63,946 nt of DNA, filler included, from Reticulomyxa filosa (GCA_000512085.1; 19 parts of 19 records of this genome joined end to end with filler, not necessarily neighbours in it), one strand, 5' to 3'; counted from the whole stretch's first letter, positions 24,379 to 38,347 are shown. Notes: a model not told the origin generated them from the letters alone. Numbers and translations: made by a program.

Positions 24379-25345
24379 ATGGAGGTCTGCCAACAAGTTC
24401 GATCTACAATTGAGCACATACCATCGCAACACCTGTGTTCTCTCCAGCCCGAGTTGCAGGGCAGAAAGGAAGATACACATCCGGACTCCTTCGCCAATGT
24501 AAGCCAGCAATTGAAAAATCATACCAAAGCTAACACTTGCCAAGAACAGCAGAAGGGCGTCGAATTGGAGATCTCGAGTAACAAACAATCCTCAGCCCAA
24601 GAACGCAATGAAGCAGCGGCACCCGACACCCGCGATGACCAACGTGGCGCTTACCATGGATCATTTGAACAGGATGAATTGTTTACTATAATCCCCATCC
24701 AATCTTCTGGTCCACCTCCACCGCCAAGGGGTGTGCAACCAAATGTGCACAACGGATTTCAATATCCAGTCCATGGAGGCCCCTCTTTTCTCAAATCGGA
24801 AGCGGGCACGCATATCCATGTCAACACTCAAATGGCCGACGAATCAAACGCTCGAATCCCCCAGTCATACTTTCAGGCTTTCGAAAGGATTATATGCTAT
24901 CATTGCAGGCGCATTTTACCAATTTCCGTTGCAGTCGATAACATGCACAAGAACTGTCATGATGATATGATCAAACAACAAAAGGCCTTTCGTGATGCCG
25001 TTCCAGATTGCAGTCAACTGAGCAAAAATATCAAGAGACAACCATGGTGTGGCAATTGCCGGCTATAATTGATATCATCAACAAGCCCGGAAAAAATCAT
25101 TGAGCGTGTCCCCAAGGCTGTGAGAAGCTCCTTTGCATCCATCGCAGCATGGGCCCTCCGTGACGTGGCATCCAATAATGATACTATATCGTGGACCAAG
25201 TGGTTATTATTAACAAAACTCATTTTATGGGATCCAGGAAGGGAAGGTGTTAAACACTCCAATGCGGTATCCAAAGTCATTACAAACAGAATCAAACTGT
25301 GAAAAGAGGACAATCTCCAGAAGCTTTGGGACGACTTTTGCGAGC
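24379..25345 (+). mobile_element. 5' fragment of a CRE-like (RLE-type) non-LTR retrotransposon, decayed and truncated before the RT
   Basis: Degenerate C2H2 finger FQYPVHGGP..KSEAGTHIHVN, then IC-YH-C..MHKNC. The pre-RT block VPKAVRSSFA..NNDTISWTKWLLLTKLILWDPGREGVK..ITNRIKL*KEDNLQKLW is typical of CRE-clade ORFs. In-frame stops at 25066 and 25300. Confidence 0.65.
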
Positions 25346-25662
25346 ACTCCACTTCATTACTTTGTGGTTCAATGGACTCACTTTGTTTCGAATTCCAATG
25401 CTAATAGACTTTTCATATTTATAAAAAATAAAAAGTATTTTCTAGTGCAATTTTTCATGGAGAATCCGAATATAAAAGAAAACATCCATTTTGGAATCTC
25501 TATAATCAATAAAAATCAGTTTTTTCATTAACCTTACTTTTTACATTCGGATAGGTTGCGATNNNNNNNNNNNNNNNNNNNNNNNNNNNNNNNNNNNNNN
25601 NNNNNNTTAATTAATTAANNNNNNNNNNNNNNNNNNNNNNNNNNNNNNNNNNNNNNNNNNNN

Positions 25663-27938
25663 GATTGTTTTCCCATGCTACTCACCACTCGAATTTTGCC
25701 TTGCCATGAGTTGATTAGTGCATCATAGCCTCCAAATCGAATGCATTCAACAAATTTACTGTTTGTAGTGCAACGTGCATAACGTGCTTGATCATTTTCA
25801 CCATTGTGAAGTAATACAAAATCTCCCCCAGAGGCTCTAGCAATTTGCATTGGAAATTGCATAATCACTTGTCTTATGAAATCAACTCCGCTTCTAGAAG
25901 GACGATGGTTGATTACTAATTTCAAAACATCTTTCAGATCAATTTGTTTGTTTGTGCCATCAATTGCAATGGGTGTGCATTTCCAGTCCAAGTGCGTAAA
26001 TATCTTTTTAGTGTCGCGATTTACCTTATCGCATGCATGCAACACCAGTTCAGATGCTTGTGTAAGTCTTTCCTTTGAAATCCATGATGATGATTTGTTT
26101 TCATTTGCATCCAAGAGAACAGACAAATGAAGAGTTAATTTGGATTGTGAATAAAATTCTGGCTTGGATCCAAATTTGTCCAAACTGTATTCAATATAAT
26201 CCAATTTGCTTGGTTTTTTTGTTTGACTTGATTCTTCACCATTAGTCAAATCTCCATACATGGATGTTAATTCGACATGCAATTGTGATTTTTTCAATGA
26301 CACTTGCAATGGCAAGCAATGAAGGATAAACTGGTTATCCAAAGAGACGACATAAATCTCTTTTTGAAGGATCAGTTTGAATCGAATATCATTTATTTCA
26401 TTTGGCATAAATTCCTTTGGTAACACGAAGCTACGCACAAGTTCTTTGGAGTCGTCAAGTACATAAAAATCGCATTGCACAAAACCGGTTGGTGTGCGTC
26501 TCACTGGAGGAACAGCTGCAATATTGGCGGTACTAATGATAGTGGTCAATTCAGGCTCAAGAGGTTGCGTCTCCCCTTCTTTTGTATCTACGTTTTCACT
26601 TCCAGGTTCGCCATTCTCTCCAGGTGTTTCACCAGATGTTTGTATATTTCCTTCGGTGACTATATCGTCGTCATGGTCTGGTTGCATCTGTGATTGTTGC
26701 TCTTGCTGGTTTTTTTCTGTCTCTGTTTCTTTTTCTTCTTCTTGTTCATGAGGTTTTATTCCAACAATATATCCTCCTTCCAATGTCACCATTACTTTGG
26801 AATACCGTTCTTTGCAAACAATTTCTCGTTCATTATTGAAAAGGCCAGTGTCCAAGGCAATACAATAAATCGTGTTTGTGTTATCCAAAATGTATAAATT
26901 GTCGTCTTTGTTATCGAAACACATGCTTGTGACATAAAAGCCATCGGGTAATACACGTTCGCGCAAATTGATGGTTTTGTTTTTTAACTTTTGCAAAGAG
27001 TCTGCAATTCGCTCATTCCATTTATATACATGAATGAGTTGTTTTGCACGTTCATACAACACCATGGAATGTTTTTGCTCACTCAAAGCGGCCAATGTCA
27101 TTTTGCCTCCCAAGTCTTCCGTTTTTTTTTTTTTATTTAGTGTCTGTCTTGAGGACAAGAAAATTTTGGTGATGCAATTTTGATTGTATCGCTCACTCCA
27201 CATATCTTGTTTATCTTCAGTTTTGTCATCATCACTGTATTTTTCCTCTTTGTTGATTTCTTCTTCCACTGGTAAGGAATCGGACACATTTCTGTCAATG
27301 GAAACCACCAACACCACTTCATTGTTGGCCAATCCATAAGCGAATACCAACTCTTCATTACCACGAATATCAAATTCATTGTTTTTTTGGACTGCTTGTT
27401 TCAATTCCAAATGGTCTGGTCTCGATTCTTGGGTGGTGAAATCACCAAATGAAAACATCAAGCGTCGAATTGGCTTTAGTGTTGTGTCGATATTTCCTTT
27501 CAATTCGTTGCTATGACATTTTTTTATAACGCAGAACAATGGATTATCGTTGTTCATTCTTTCATCCAATGTTTTCAAAAATGTTTCGTTCAAATCCAAT
27601 TCTCGCTTCGATCTATCGCTACTATACTTTTTCTTCAATTCTTCTTCTTGAGAGGAGACAGATTTGACTGAATTAATGTTAAAGAATATTTGCTTGTACT
27701 GTTCATAAATTTGACCAAATCCTGCTATCAATTGTATTTGCAATGATGAATAGTCATAGCGGGCAAGTCTGTTTTCAATTTCTTGTCTGTCTTCTTCCGT
27801 CAGCTGCGCTTCACCGCTTAACCAATCATAAGCATCTTTGAAGAAGGAAATGAAAGCGTTTGATCTGCCTTGTGAATCCTTGGATGTTGGCTTATTTTTG
27901 CTCTTTTTTTTTTTTTTTTTCTCTTCTGATTTTGTTTT
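25663..27938 (-). CDS. Internal fragment of a very large GTPase (VLIG/GBP-like G-domain protein)
   Basis: Long open frame of more than 700 aa ending in QFPMQIARA..FVLLHNG..IRFGGYDALI..KIRVVSSMGKQ. This is the start of the G1 motif (VVSSMGxQSxGKS) of VLIG-type GTPases of fungi and protists. The frame is cut by the spacer. Confidence 0.72.
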
Positions 27939-28038
27939 NNNNNNNNNNNNNNNNNNNNNNNNNNNNNNNNNNNNNNNNNNNNTTAATTAATTAANNNNNN
28001 NNNNNNNNNNNNNNNNNNNNNNNNNNNNNNNNNNNNNN

Positions 28039-29398
28039 GACAATGACAATGACAATGATAACAATAGTAACACTAACACTAACACTAACATTAATGATGA
28101 TATTAATAGTAATGACAATGATATAAACAACGAGGACACAGACACAAGGAAGCAACGAAGAAGCAAAAGCAGCAGCATAGCGGTGTTGAAAGAGACAGTG
28201 CGGGGCTTGAAGTTTGAACTGCGTAACACGAAGAAGCAGTTGCGCGCGTGCCAGTCGAAGCTGTGCATGTCAGAGCGAGATCTGTATTTATCGAAGGCAA
28301 AGGCTGTGACATATCAGAAGCGGCTGGACACCATTGCACAGCAGTGGCAGCACGAGCGCGCCAAGTTGGCACAAGAGCAGCGCGCATGGTCTCAGCAGCT
28401 ACAAAAGCTGCATCAGCAAAATGATTGGTTGAAAGAGCAGTTGGTCCGCGCCAGATATATTTTATCACAACTTCTGCCGCACATGGAGCGTCTTCAACAA
28501 TCATCATCGTCATCGTCATCTTTTGCTTCTTCAGCATTCACAATGGCCGAAGAACAACTACAATCACAACCACACATACAAACACAAATGCAAACACACT
28601 CTTCTTCTTCTCCTCCTCCTCCTCCTCCTCCTCCTCCTCTTACAATCGCAATCGCAATCGCAAGATGGACATGCTCGACATCGCTCTCACTCGCACTTAC
28701 TGGACGAAATGCAGCAACAGGACCGCGACTTGCGCGTGCTGGAACTGCAGTCTCGATCGGCGCGGGAACGCGACCACTTGTACGACGATGATAATCCTGA
28801 TTGTCACGTGCGCAAAAACAACACGACACAAAAGTTTATGACTGCCCGCAGTCGACTACGATCCACGTGGACCAAAAAGCTTGGCTCAAAGCACGAGCCG
28901 ACTGTCAAGATCAGCTTGCACCAGTTGTGGGCACCAAAGCCTGCACATGTCGAATATTATGATGATACACTTGACGGTAATGGTAACAATAATGGTAATA
29001 ACAATGACAATTGCAATGACAATTGCAATGACAATGACAATGACAATGACAATGACAATGACAATTGCAATAGCAATAGCAACGACTATGTCGTTGATGA
29101 TTGCTCCATGCAAATGTGCTGGCTTAAACATCAGCTTGAACGACAATACAAACCATTTGCAAGTGCTTCTCGCAAAGCTCGTATGCTAGCTATATCCATG
29201 AGGTTCATGCAAGACACCGTCTCGCGGTACTTGACCCACGAACAACAACGGGCTCTTATCTCCGATGCCAAATTCAAATCTTTATTTGACCACTTGTGGA
29301 AAGGCGTTGAAGATGGATTATATAAGATGCTTGAAGTTAACAAGAACACCCCAATGTTGAAATCACACACTACTAACTTAAATTTATCACAACAATAA
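28039..29398 (+). CDS. Low-complexity coiled-coil protein (3' part), with an apparent frameshift in the microsatellite region ~28600-28660
   Basis: The coiled-coil ORF 28183-28791 overlaps ORF 28523-29398. The protein-like portions join across the (TCT)n(CCT)n(CAATCG)n tract. DN-rich repeats are present. Confidence 0.6.
28976..29085 (+). repeat. Coding (GACAAT)n-type microsatellite (Asn/Asp-rich)
   Basis: Directly visible gacaat/ggtaat/agcaat units. Confidence 0.9.
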
Positions 29399-30179
29399 CA
29401 ATTCTTTTTTTAAAAAAAAAAAAAAAAACAAAACAAACAAACAAACAAAAAAAAAANNNNNNNNNNNNNNNNNNNNNNNNNNNNNNNNNNNNNNNNNNNN
29501 TTAATTAATTAANNNNNNNNNNNNNNNNNNNNNNNNNNNNNNNNNNNNNNNNNNNNAAAATTTTGAAATATCAATTAAAAATATCAACAATAAAGAAAAT
29601 ATGCAAAAAAAAAAATTTAATATTTAAAAACTACAATATTAGTATATATTTTTTCTAAAAAAATTAGGTTTAAATCTTTATTTTTCATGGAGAAAATCGA
29701 TTCTCTTTATATAGTGCCATTCAGGTATGTCAGTTTTTTTTGCAATCTACTGTAGTTTTGACAAAGCCACCAAGAGTATTGTTTGCGGAGATTACTAAAT
29801 ATTTGTGTGCAATATTTCTTCAGAAGAATTGCGTCTCCAGTTTTATTGGTACTGTTTTTATTTTAACTCCGCAGAAGCTTACAATACTAGGGCCAATGTT
29901 CTAATAGCATGTTTTCAAAAGTTTTCTTATTCTAATGAGTAATTAGCTTCCTTTCATCTGTTTTCATAGAAATCAGTTCTTCTCCACTTTGATTTGATTC
30001 ATTTAAATTGAATTTTACTGATCGAACAGGCAGTGGCATTTGCTTCAACATATTTGTAAATGCCTTTGTTCCATCATTTCAATGCTCATTCTGGTTCTTG
30101 TCACTCTAGATAAAAAACAACAAATTAATTTAAATTACTTGGAAAGAAAAATAAAATAATAAATGATTTTTAACTTCAA

Positions 30180-32290
30180 TGATGTCAAGAAAGTCTTGTA
30201 TTGATCAATTTTGAGATTAATCAAATATATTACAATTTTCATATTTTTCATCAAGCCAACGCTAATGTCATACATTCATATGTCGAGCATCGCTCATGTT
30301 GACTGTACCACCAACTTATTTTATTTCACTTGTTGATAACAATACGTTGTATTGCACCAAGTGTCGAGTTGTCAAAATATGTCGAAGTTCCACTGACAAT
30401 TACACATTTATCACATTCTCATCGCCAATCACAAATAATTTCTCAGCCCAAATATTTGTTGGAAGGAGTAATTGTGCTTTGTTGTATTGGACTTGACCAT
30501 TTGACGCGCAGTTCCACTTGGACATTGATACAACGAATCGTCATTTAAAAGATATAGGTTCTCGAAACCTAATTTATATCGAATGATTGTGTTGCCTTAT
30601 AAGTTTTTAATTGCATTGCAAGACAGATCAGTTACATTTTTTTCCTCCAGACGCCGACTGGAAAATATACAATACTGTCCAAACACGTGTATGGTTTCAG
30701 CTCCAAGTGCTTATTGTATATATATTGCAAACAAGTGTCTTGATAACAATTTTTTATTTTTGTTTCAATTTGTTTTTTTAATTTTTCCAAATTCAAAACC
30801 AAGATATGTCAATACGTTTTGTCTCAGGAACAGTAACTACATTCATCACAATATCTTACGGAACACTTTTTTTCTTTTTTTATACTTCTTTTTTTTTATC
30901 TTTTTTTTCATTTATTATTATTTTTTATTATTATTTCTTTTTTTTCTTCAAATCCATTTTTTATCCTTTTTTATCATTATAATTTCCTTTTTTACTTTTT
31001 CTTTCCACTCAACATTCTACAACTTCTTTTTTAAAAATAAAATACATTTGCATTTTCTTTGTTATGTGACATCTATATACACATAGACAAAGTTATGTTA
31101 TATATTTTTAAAGACAACGTAAAAAAATATATGTACATATTATTGTATATCTCAATCTCCAATTCAACTTCCTTTTCCTGGCACAAATGAAAATTTTTTT
31201 TTAATTTGTTTATGTATTGATTTACAAAAAAAATACGAATGTTTTTCTTTGATTGGAGAATACAAAAATAAAATCACATTATTTAACAAAAGAAAAATAT
31301 AAACGTATAACATAACAAATTATTAATTATTTTTCTTCGACTGTGAGTCTTTCGACTCAGATTTTTTTTTTTTGTGAATGCAGAAAGGTATGGGACGGTG
31401 GATCATATGTACAAAATATACAATATGTGAATATGTTTTTAAAAATAAAATAAGACAAACAAACTGTTTTTAATCCTTTCTGATACGTGATTTGCTTCTG
31501 CCACTATTTTGCTTGTTCTCGTGTTGTCATTATCATATGTAAAATTTTTTTCAAAATATACACAACGTAGACAAAATTATAATGATAAATTTGTTTGTGA
31601 ATTATTTTAAAATGATAATACAAAAAAAAGGATATACATATATAAATATATGTATTGTCAAGTAAATTATTTATATATACCAATTTGTCGTGTCATAATT
31701 GAGCGCAATATCCTGGCCATTTACGTTGTTGCGCGTTGTATTTAGCATGTTATGTGTCATATGCCAAGTGCTAGACATTATGTGCTACGACGCGACTGCA
31801 CATTGTCTTGCATGAAGACAATTACACATCCAAATTAGGCTCGTCTTGAGCAAATGCGTTATATGACTCTTGAAAAGATTATAATAACTCTTTCCACTTG
31901 TCACAATGCCAGCAGTGCAAACAATTTCATCCTTGTGCGTGGAATGTTGCTTTTATCTGCATTGTTGTTGTCGTGCAAATAGCTATTGCGGTCTTGCCTT
32001 GAGTACAGCATTAGTGCGAGAAGTCCTAGCATGCTATCTATTGCACATTTATATATATACTTACATAATTGAATACATTCTTTGATTGTGCTTATTTCTT
32101 CATATGTATCATTTACTTTGTGGAGCAATGACGGCCAGATGCAGGACTACTTTGTTGAATAACTTCGTCTTGGAGCAACTCGCGAATAATATCTAATTTG
32201 ACTGTAACATCTCGGATATCATTTGGAACTGTAGATTGAAACGGCGAGTAAATATGTAACGCCAACCTAAAGAACCGGAACGTCAAAAAA
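30180..32290 (-). pseudogene. Decayed coding segments of an unassigned large-protein family
   Basis: Protein-like stretches interrupted by stops and frameshifts, e.g. DIRDVTVKLDIIRELLQDEVIQ, CDKWKELL*SFQESYNAFAQDEPNL and LLLPTNIWAEKLFV. Confidence 0.3.
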
Positions 32291-32504
32291 AGGAAAACGA
32301 TTTTTACGATTGTCCAGCTGCATAGCTTATAAAAGAAATTTGCAATTTTTAATTTGATTTATCAAATAACTTGCTTTTAACAATGCATTTTTAGCAAGAT
32401 AAATTTTCACCCCTTTTACGGTAACAGGGAAAAAAGTTCTCGACTAAAAAAAGTTTTTTTTAAGTAATATCTGAAGCTCTCAACATTTTGACAAGACCTT
32501 CACA

Positions 32505-33107
32505 ATGAAAAATAGTAACGCGTTATTGATCCTTGCCATCTGTAGCTTTATAATTTTTGTTAAGTTTTGGCTTACAACGTTGTTGCAAGGAAAACACCGT
32601 ACAAGAGCTCCAGAAGTTAAGTTTGAATTGTTCAACCTCTCTTTTTGCTGATGTGAAATAAATGGCACAAAAAAAATCAAAGGATGGATTTCAAAATGAG
32701 ACACAATATATTGCAGAAACGAGCACTGAGTCCACAGGTACAATAACTTGTTAATATCAAAGAGAAGAAGATCATATCCATTTTATTTGTATTTTGTTTT
32801 AACAGCGAACTTTGACGATGAAAAACGATGGCAAAGGATTGTACTAAATGATTTGGAAAATATTCCAGTGGGACTGTTGATGTTATGGATTGCATACTTT
32901 GTGAATATTAACAGTAACACATCTAATGATGGAACTGTTGCCCTTGCAATCATTTTCACCACTGGACGGATGGCACACTCCTTTTGCTATATATACGAGC
33001 TTATGCCCTGGCGCACCATCGCTTACTTCTTAGCTGTTTTGGCGACTTTCGGGCAAACAATCAACATTTTAGTTGGTGCAGGAAATGCCTACAAGGATGA
33101 TAATTAA
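32505..33107 (+). CDS. MAPEG family membrane protein (microsomal glutathione S-transferase-like), 3 exons
   Basis: MKNSNALLILAICSFIIFVKFWLTTLLQGKHRTRAPE|DG..|..DEKRWQRIVLNDLENIP..IFTTGRMAHSFCY..PWRTIAY. The RAPED, NDLENIP and RxxH motifs of MAPEG are present. Confidence 0.9.
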
Positions 33108-35028
33108 AAAAAGGTTGAGCGAAAGGGATACCCTTTTTTGTAGTCCCTATAATTTTGTTATGAATACTAGCAAACTTGTTTCACAATGTGTATGAAGAAT
33201 TTTTACTAAATTATAAATTTAATCTTCAAATGTCTCTTTGTATTAGGAATTTTGTATTTAAATTTTTTGTAAGTGAGCAACGTATTTAATTGTTCACAAC
33301 GTAGAATTCTGTTGGATTCAACAAGAAATTACTTAACAATGAAAAACACTAAAACATAATTGACTTAGGAAAAGAACTTATAATAGTTAGTATTTCTTTC
33401 TCTGTTGTTATTGATTTGTGTTGAAACACACCTGAAGATAGTTAGTTATTCACCGATTTTGTGTAATTGGTACAAGTTTCCTTATTTTAATGCTTTAAAA
33501 TTAAATATATCAAATCATGTAAGAATTAAAACATTGTTGAACGAAATATTGCAAAAAAGGAAGATGCGTTTTGTAAGATGAATTGCTTCGGTGCGATGTT
33601 GAAATATCGTTGATCAACTTAAAAAAAACTCTACAAAAAAAAACTTGGATGATTCAAAAAAACATCTTTATTTTTCAACTTACAGTTGGACTGTATCTCA
33701 CCTTGATAGCCTTTACACACACGTGGTCTCAATGAACTGTTACGCATAGTGACAGTCATATGGAATTTTCCGCAGTGGAGCGACGTCTTCACGCAAATTG
33801 CACACTCTTTGAGCCTTCTTGTGCCTGCCAACGTACTTTCTTGTGACGATCTGTAGCTGCTTTGAGCATATTGGAGTATATTGGAGCATATCAATCTCAA
33901 AGCACAAGTCAAAGTCCATGCAATTGTGAAAACACAAGCTGCGTGTTGCACTGGTGCCATCAAAAGTAAAAACGTAATATATGACTCATGAATATTTACA
34001 AAGAAGAAAATACAAAAAATAATGTTGTAATTTTTGAAATATTTGACACTTTAAACAAAACAACTTAATGAAAAGCGAACATTGTAAGTAACAAATTGTT
34101 AGAATTCCCTTTTACGGAAAAAGTTCTACATATTAAAATATATACATGTACGGCGAATGCATTGAGCAACGTGGTATGGCTGAATCTGTCAATCTCTTAG
34201 TTTTTTTACATTCAAAAAATAAAAAAGAATTAAAAAATGAACATTGTGACGTGCAAACAAATTTTGTATAAAAAAAGATGGAACATTTTGTATCAGTGAT
34301 TTGTCCTTTGGATTATTGTTGCCAAGACTATATCTGTTTATATATGTGTCACATCGAGATGGCGCAATCATAACGTACGGTGAATGCAAGGAAGGGCAGC
34401 GAAACAGTTGGAGCGGGCATATACCGATATGAATTTTTGCTTTGGTGGTATGGATACTATAAAGCACGCCGTTGCGAAAGGAGCAGCAAAGACCAGACAA
34501 GGCTTCAACATTTTTGTACATGTCTTTATTCTGTTCTCCTTCACTTGTAGTTTCATCACTGGCCTTAGTGTATTCTAGTTCTTGTAACTATATTGAAAAA
34601 AAGAATGATTGATGATTAATTATTATTACAATTTGTAGTTTAGTGCATAAATGTAAGCATGTTTTGTGGACAACTTTATATTTTAAATTAAACATCAAAT
34701 GTGTCTTCGTGAAGCCAGTAAAGTTTGTTTTATTTTTTTCTTGGGATTGATTGTTTTTTTTTCACTCTTGGCCAATTTCCTTTGTTTGTGGATAGCTTTG
34801 AGCATTTTACATTTTCAAATGTACTTGATTAAAATGATCATAGAGGGTATAATTGACAAAAAAGGATATGACATATTTTATGCAGAGTATTTTCTGAAAC
34901 TTGCCTAATAAAAAGCAAATTTCAATTTTAAACATTCTTTTTCAGAAAATGCAATATAATTAACAAAGCATTGGTCATCATTAAAATGCTATTTACTAAA
35001 AAAATTGTTTGTTGTTGAAAAAAAGATA

Positions 35029-36437
35029 TTATCCCCAAATGCAAATGTGACCATTACATGAACCATAACATATATTAATGCTACAATCGCGATCATCGTG
35101 ACTTTTACCTTTCTTTTCTTTCTTTTTTAATTTGAGAAATTTAAGACACATTATCCCGTCATATCCTTCATCTCCTTTTATCATATATAGTTTTTTATTT
35201 GATCGAATATCCCAAAAAAGAATTTTGCTATCCTTTGATCCAGAGCATATCACATTTGAACTACCACCAATTTCCACATTATTTACTACAAATGGTGAAT
35301 ATTCAACAGCACTCACAAAATTAGTATGTCCATTGAACAATTGAATTTGTTTAGCAGATCGAATATCCCACAAACGAATACTGCAATCATCTGATCCAGA
35401 TAATATTGTATTTGAACCACCAATATTCCCTAATTCATTTGATCCATATTTTACACTCCTAATCCAATCCGTATGTCCTTTGAATATAGATATTTGTTTG
35501 GTTGTTTCGATGTCCCATATGCGAATGTTACTATCTAATGACCCTGAACAAACGGTATATCCATTGCCACCAATCATGCCAATACTATTACGTTTGTTAT
35601 CATTATCATTGTAGTTATTGCTTTGTAATGGTGAAAAATCAACACACCAAACACCATTTGTATGTCCATTAAAGACATGTAATAATTTGTATGTTTCAAT
35701 ATCCCATAAGCGAATAGCATTATCAAATGCTCCAGAACATAAATATCTACCATTGTTAAATGGTGAGAATTCCATTCCGCCAACCCATCCAGTGTATTCA
35801 TTAAATATTTGTAATTGTTGTTTATGTTTAAAATCCCAAAATCTGATGGTATTATCAAGTGATGAAGAACAAATAACATGACAACTATTATTACGATAAT
35901 GATACGGTGAAAATTTCACACAAATTACAGAACCTAAATGCCCATTGAATAATTGAGTTTGTCTTTTGGTTTTTATATCCCATACACGAATTGTGTTATC
36001 TGATGATCCAGAACAAATTAATTGATCATCACTAAACGTTAAATAATCAATACTATTCACACAATTTGTGCGTCCTTTGAATATTTTTAGTAGTTTAGAT
36101 GACGAACAAAATGTTTCGAGCATGAAAACAGCAGTTATCTATATCAAACAGCAAATATCTAATATATTTAAATTTCAATTGAATAAAAACAAAATAAAAA
36201 AATCTAACATAGTTGAAAATAATTTTGCCAAGGTCATATGTCCATCCTAATTTTATGCCTGATATTTGGATCCAATGTTGAATAACCATTTGAATTTTTT
36301 CTTCAGACTGATTTAATCATAAGTTACACAGTAAGTACAATAAAAAATCTAAACGTAACTAACCTCCCTAAAGCTCGAAACAGCTTACCAATGATATATG
36401 CGTTGAAGTTTGTCTTTTTTTAAAAAGAGTAAACATC
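35029..36437 (-). CDS. WD40-repeat (G-beta-like) protein of a lineage-expanded family
   Basis: Repeated GH..V..V.FSP..ICSGS.D.TIR.WD units. An upstream exon encodes IQMVIQHWIQISGIKLGWTYDL. The exact start is uncertain. Confidence 0.93.
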
Positions 36438-37130
36438 CTTTGTTTTCAATTGAGATCGTTTCAGATGATTAAGATGAAAATATTTGAATTTTTTCCTTAA
36501 GATCATAAAGGGCTGCCAAAAGTACTTTGACAGCGTAAAACTAGAGTTGAACAATGCTTAAATAAATAAAATAAAAGTTCTTCCTTAAATTTGTTGTTAA
36601 GTGTACTGACCTCTTTTAAAATAAGACCGTTATTGAACACGTTTGTTTCATAATTGAACATTGACTTGTCTTATTGTTTTATCTTGTTGATATTTCATTA
36701 TTTAATAGTACAGTCATGTCAAAAGCGTTTTTTTTAGGTTACTATCATCTACTTTGAACTATAATCTGAATATTACTATGACATGGAATAAGAAAACACC
36801 TTGGAAGGCCAAGCCACGAGAAATGTAGAAGAAGGACAAAAAAGAAGAGAATAAATTTAGACAGTCTACGCCAAAACGGAGTTATAATGACTCCAGTATT
36901 GATTTTTTCTTCTTTTAATTAATTTAAAAATCTCTTCTTTATTCAAACAACATTTACTTTTCCGCTCTCGATTTCCTATACCATACTAAAATATTATGTC
37001 ATAATAATGATTGATCTTGCAATAACGAGAAATATTTCGTTTTTATTGTATAGAGACGCTAAAATTGTCCAAAAAATATTTTAGAGTTAGACGACTTCCC
37101 TTTCAATATGTTTTTTTGTTAAAAATTTGA

Positions 37131-38247
37131 ATGAGCATAAAATACGAGTCAAAGCAACCTCAATTAAATTTTCCTGAGATTGATGAAGAAATTATTTCAC
37201 GAGCATGGAATTGTTGTGACGAAGACATGAACAAAACAAGTGAAGTGTTGCATTTTATCCACGATAATAGGTTGGTCGTTAAAATCCATGCATCCAATTA
37301 TCTTTTCTGAAGCATATCAACTATTTTTGTTTAATAAATAGTACACGTCTCGAACATCAACAATACTTGTTATTGTTATGGGAAGACTTTGGCAATCGAG
37401 TGGACAAAACTATCATTTTAAATATATGGAAACAATGTAATGAAATTTATTATGAAACAAGACTCAAATTGGAAGAAATTTGTTCCTCTTGTTACGTCAA
37501 CAGGTTTGATTATTTATTTATAATTTTTTATTGAAAGAACAAAAAATATTGAAATTAACAATGATAGATTGAAAGAAAAGAGAGAAGTAGCGATTATCAG
37601 ATCAATATCTCTTCATATATTATGGAACATACTAACTAATCCCAAAAAAAAAAATATCGTCAAATTAGTTGTTGCACGTTGCGTGAACATATGCAACGCA
37701 AATGCAAGCAATTAAGTGCAAATTTTCATCAAACTATAGGTAATGCAGAATATAATTTGCAAAATTTTGGTTTTGAAAAAGTAAACAATAAAGATTGGTA
37801 TTACCTACGAGATATTCAAATATTGTATTTGTGGAATTGTTATCGCAAATGGATTAACACACAGCTCATGTAATTTTTTTTTGTTATAAATCAATATTGA
37901 ATATTTACTCCAAAATGTATTTTATTAAAACAGATACAAGACAAAATTAAATATTCCAGAAAAAATATTTATGTTGAGGAATGGAAAATGGAAAGAATAT
38001 GAGATTGCATTTGATTATGAATATCGAAGAATCGTGCTATTTGATAATGTAAAATTGAAAGTGAAGTCGTTACAAGTTGGAAATCCAAAGAAATTATCTT
38101 TGGAATTCAATGTCCACATTCAATGGTATAATGATCTTTCTGATGTTGAAAATACTTGTTCAAAGAGATTTTGTCTCATTCTCAATCATACTTGGCACTT
38201 TCGTTCATTTGATAGCGAAGAAAGAGAAAAATTATCAGACTGTTGCT
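37131..38247 (+). CDS. CUE-like/PUB-like domain protein of a lineage-expanded family; multi-exon, possible homopolymer frameshift, 3'-truncated
   Basis: FPEIDEEIISRAW (CUE-like) and LHILWNILTNP(K)KYRQI..LQNFGFEK (PUB-like). The 11-A run at ~37644 breaks the frame. Confidence 0.6.
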
Positions 38248-38347
38248 NNNNNNNNNNNNNNNNNNNNNNNNNNNNNNNNNNNNNNNNNNNNTTAATTAAT
38301 TAANNNNNNNNNNNNNNNNNNNNNNNNNNNNNNNNNNNNNNNNNNNN

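Noticed and set aside
30583-31086. 167-aa Phe-rich ORF that looks like a membrane protein
   Set aside because: It is the translation of a T-rich low-complexity tract.
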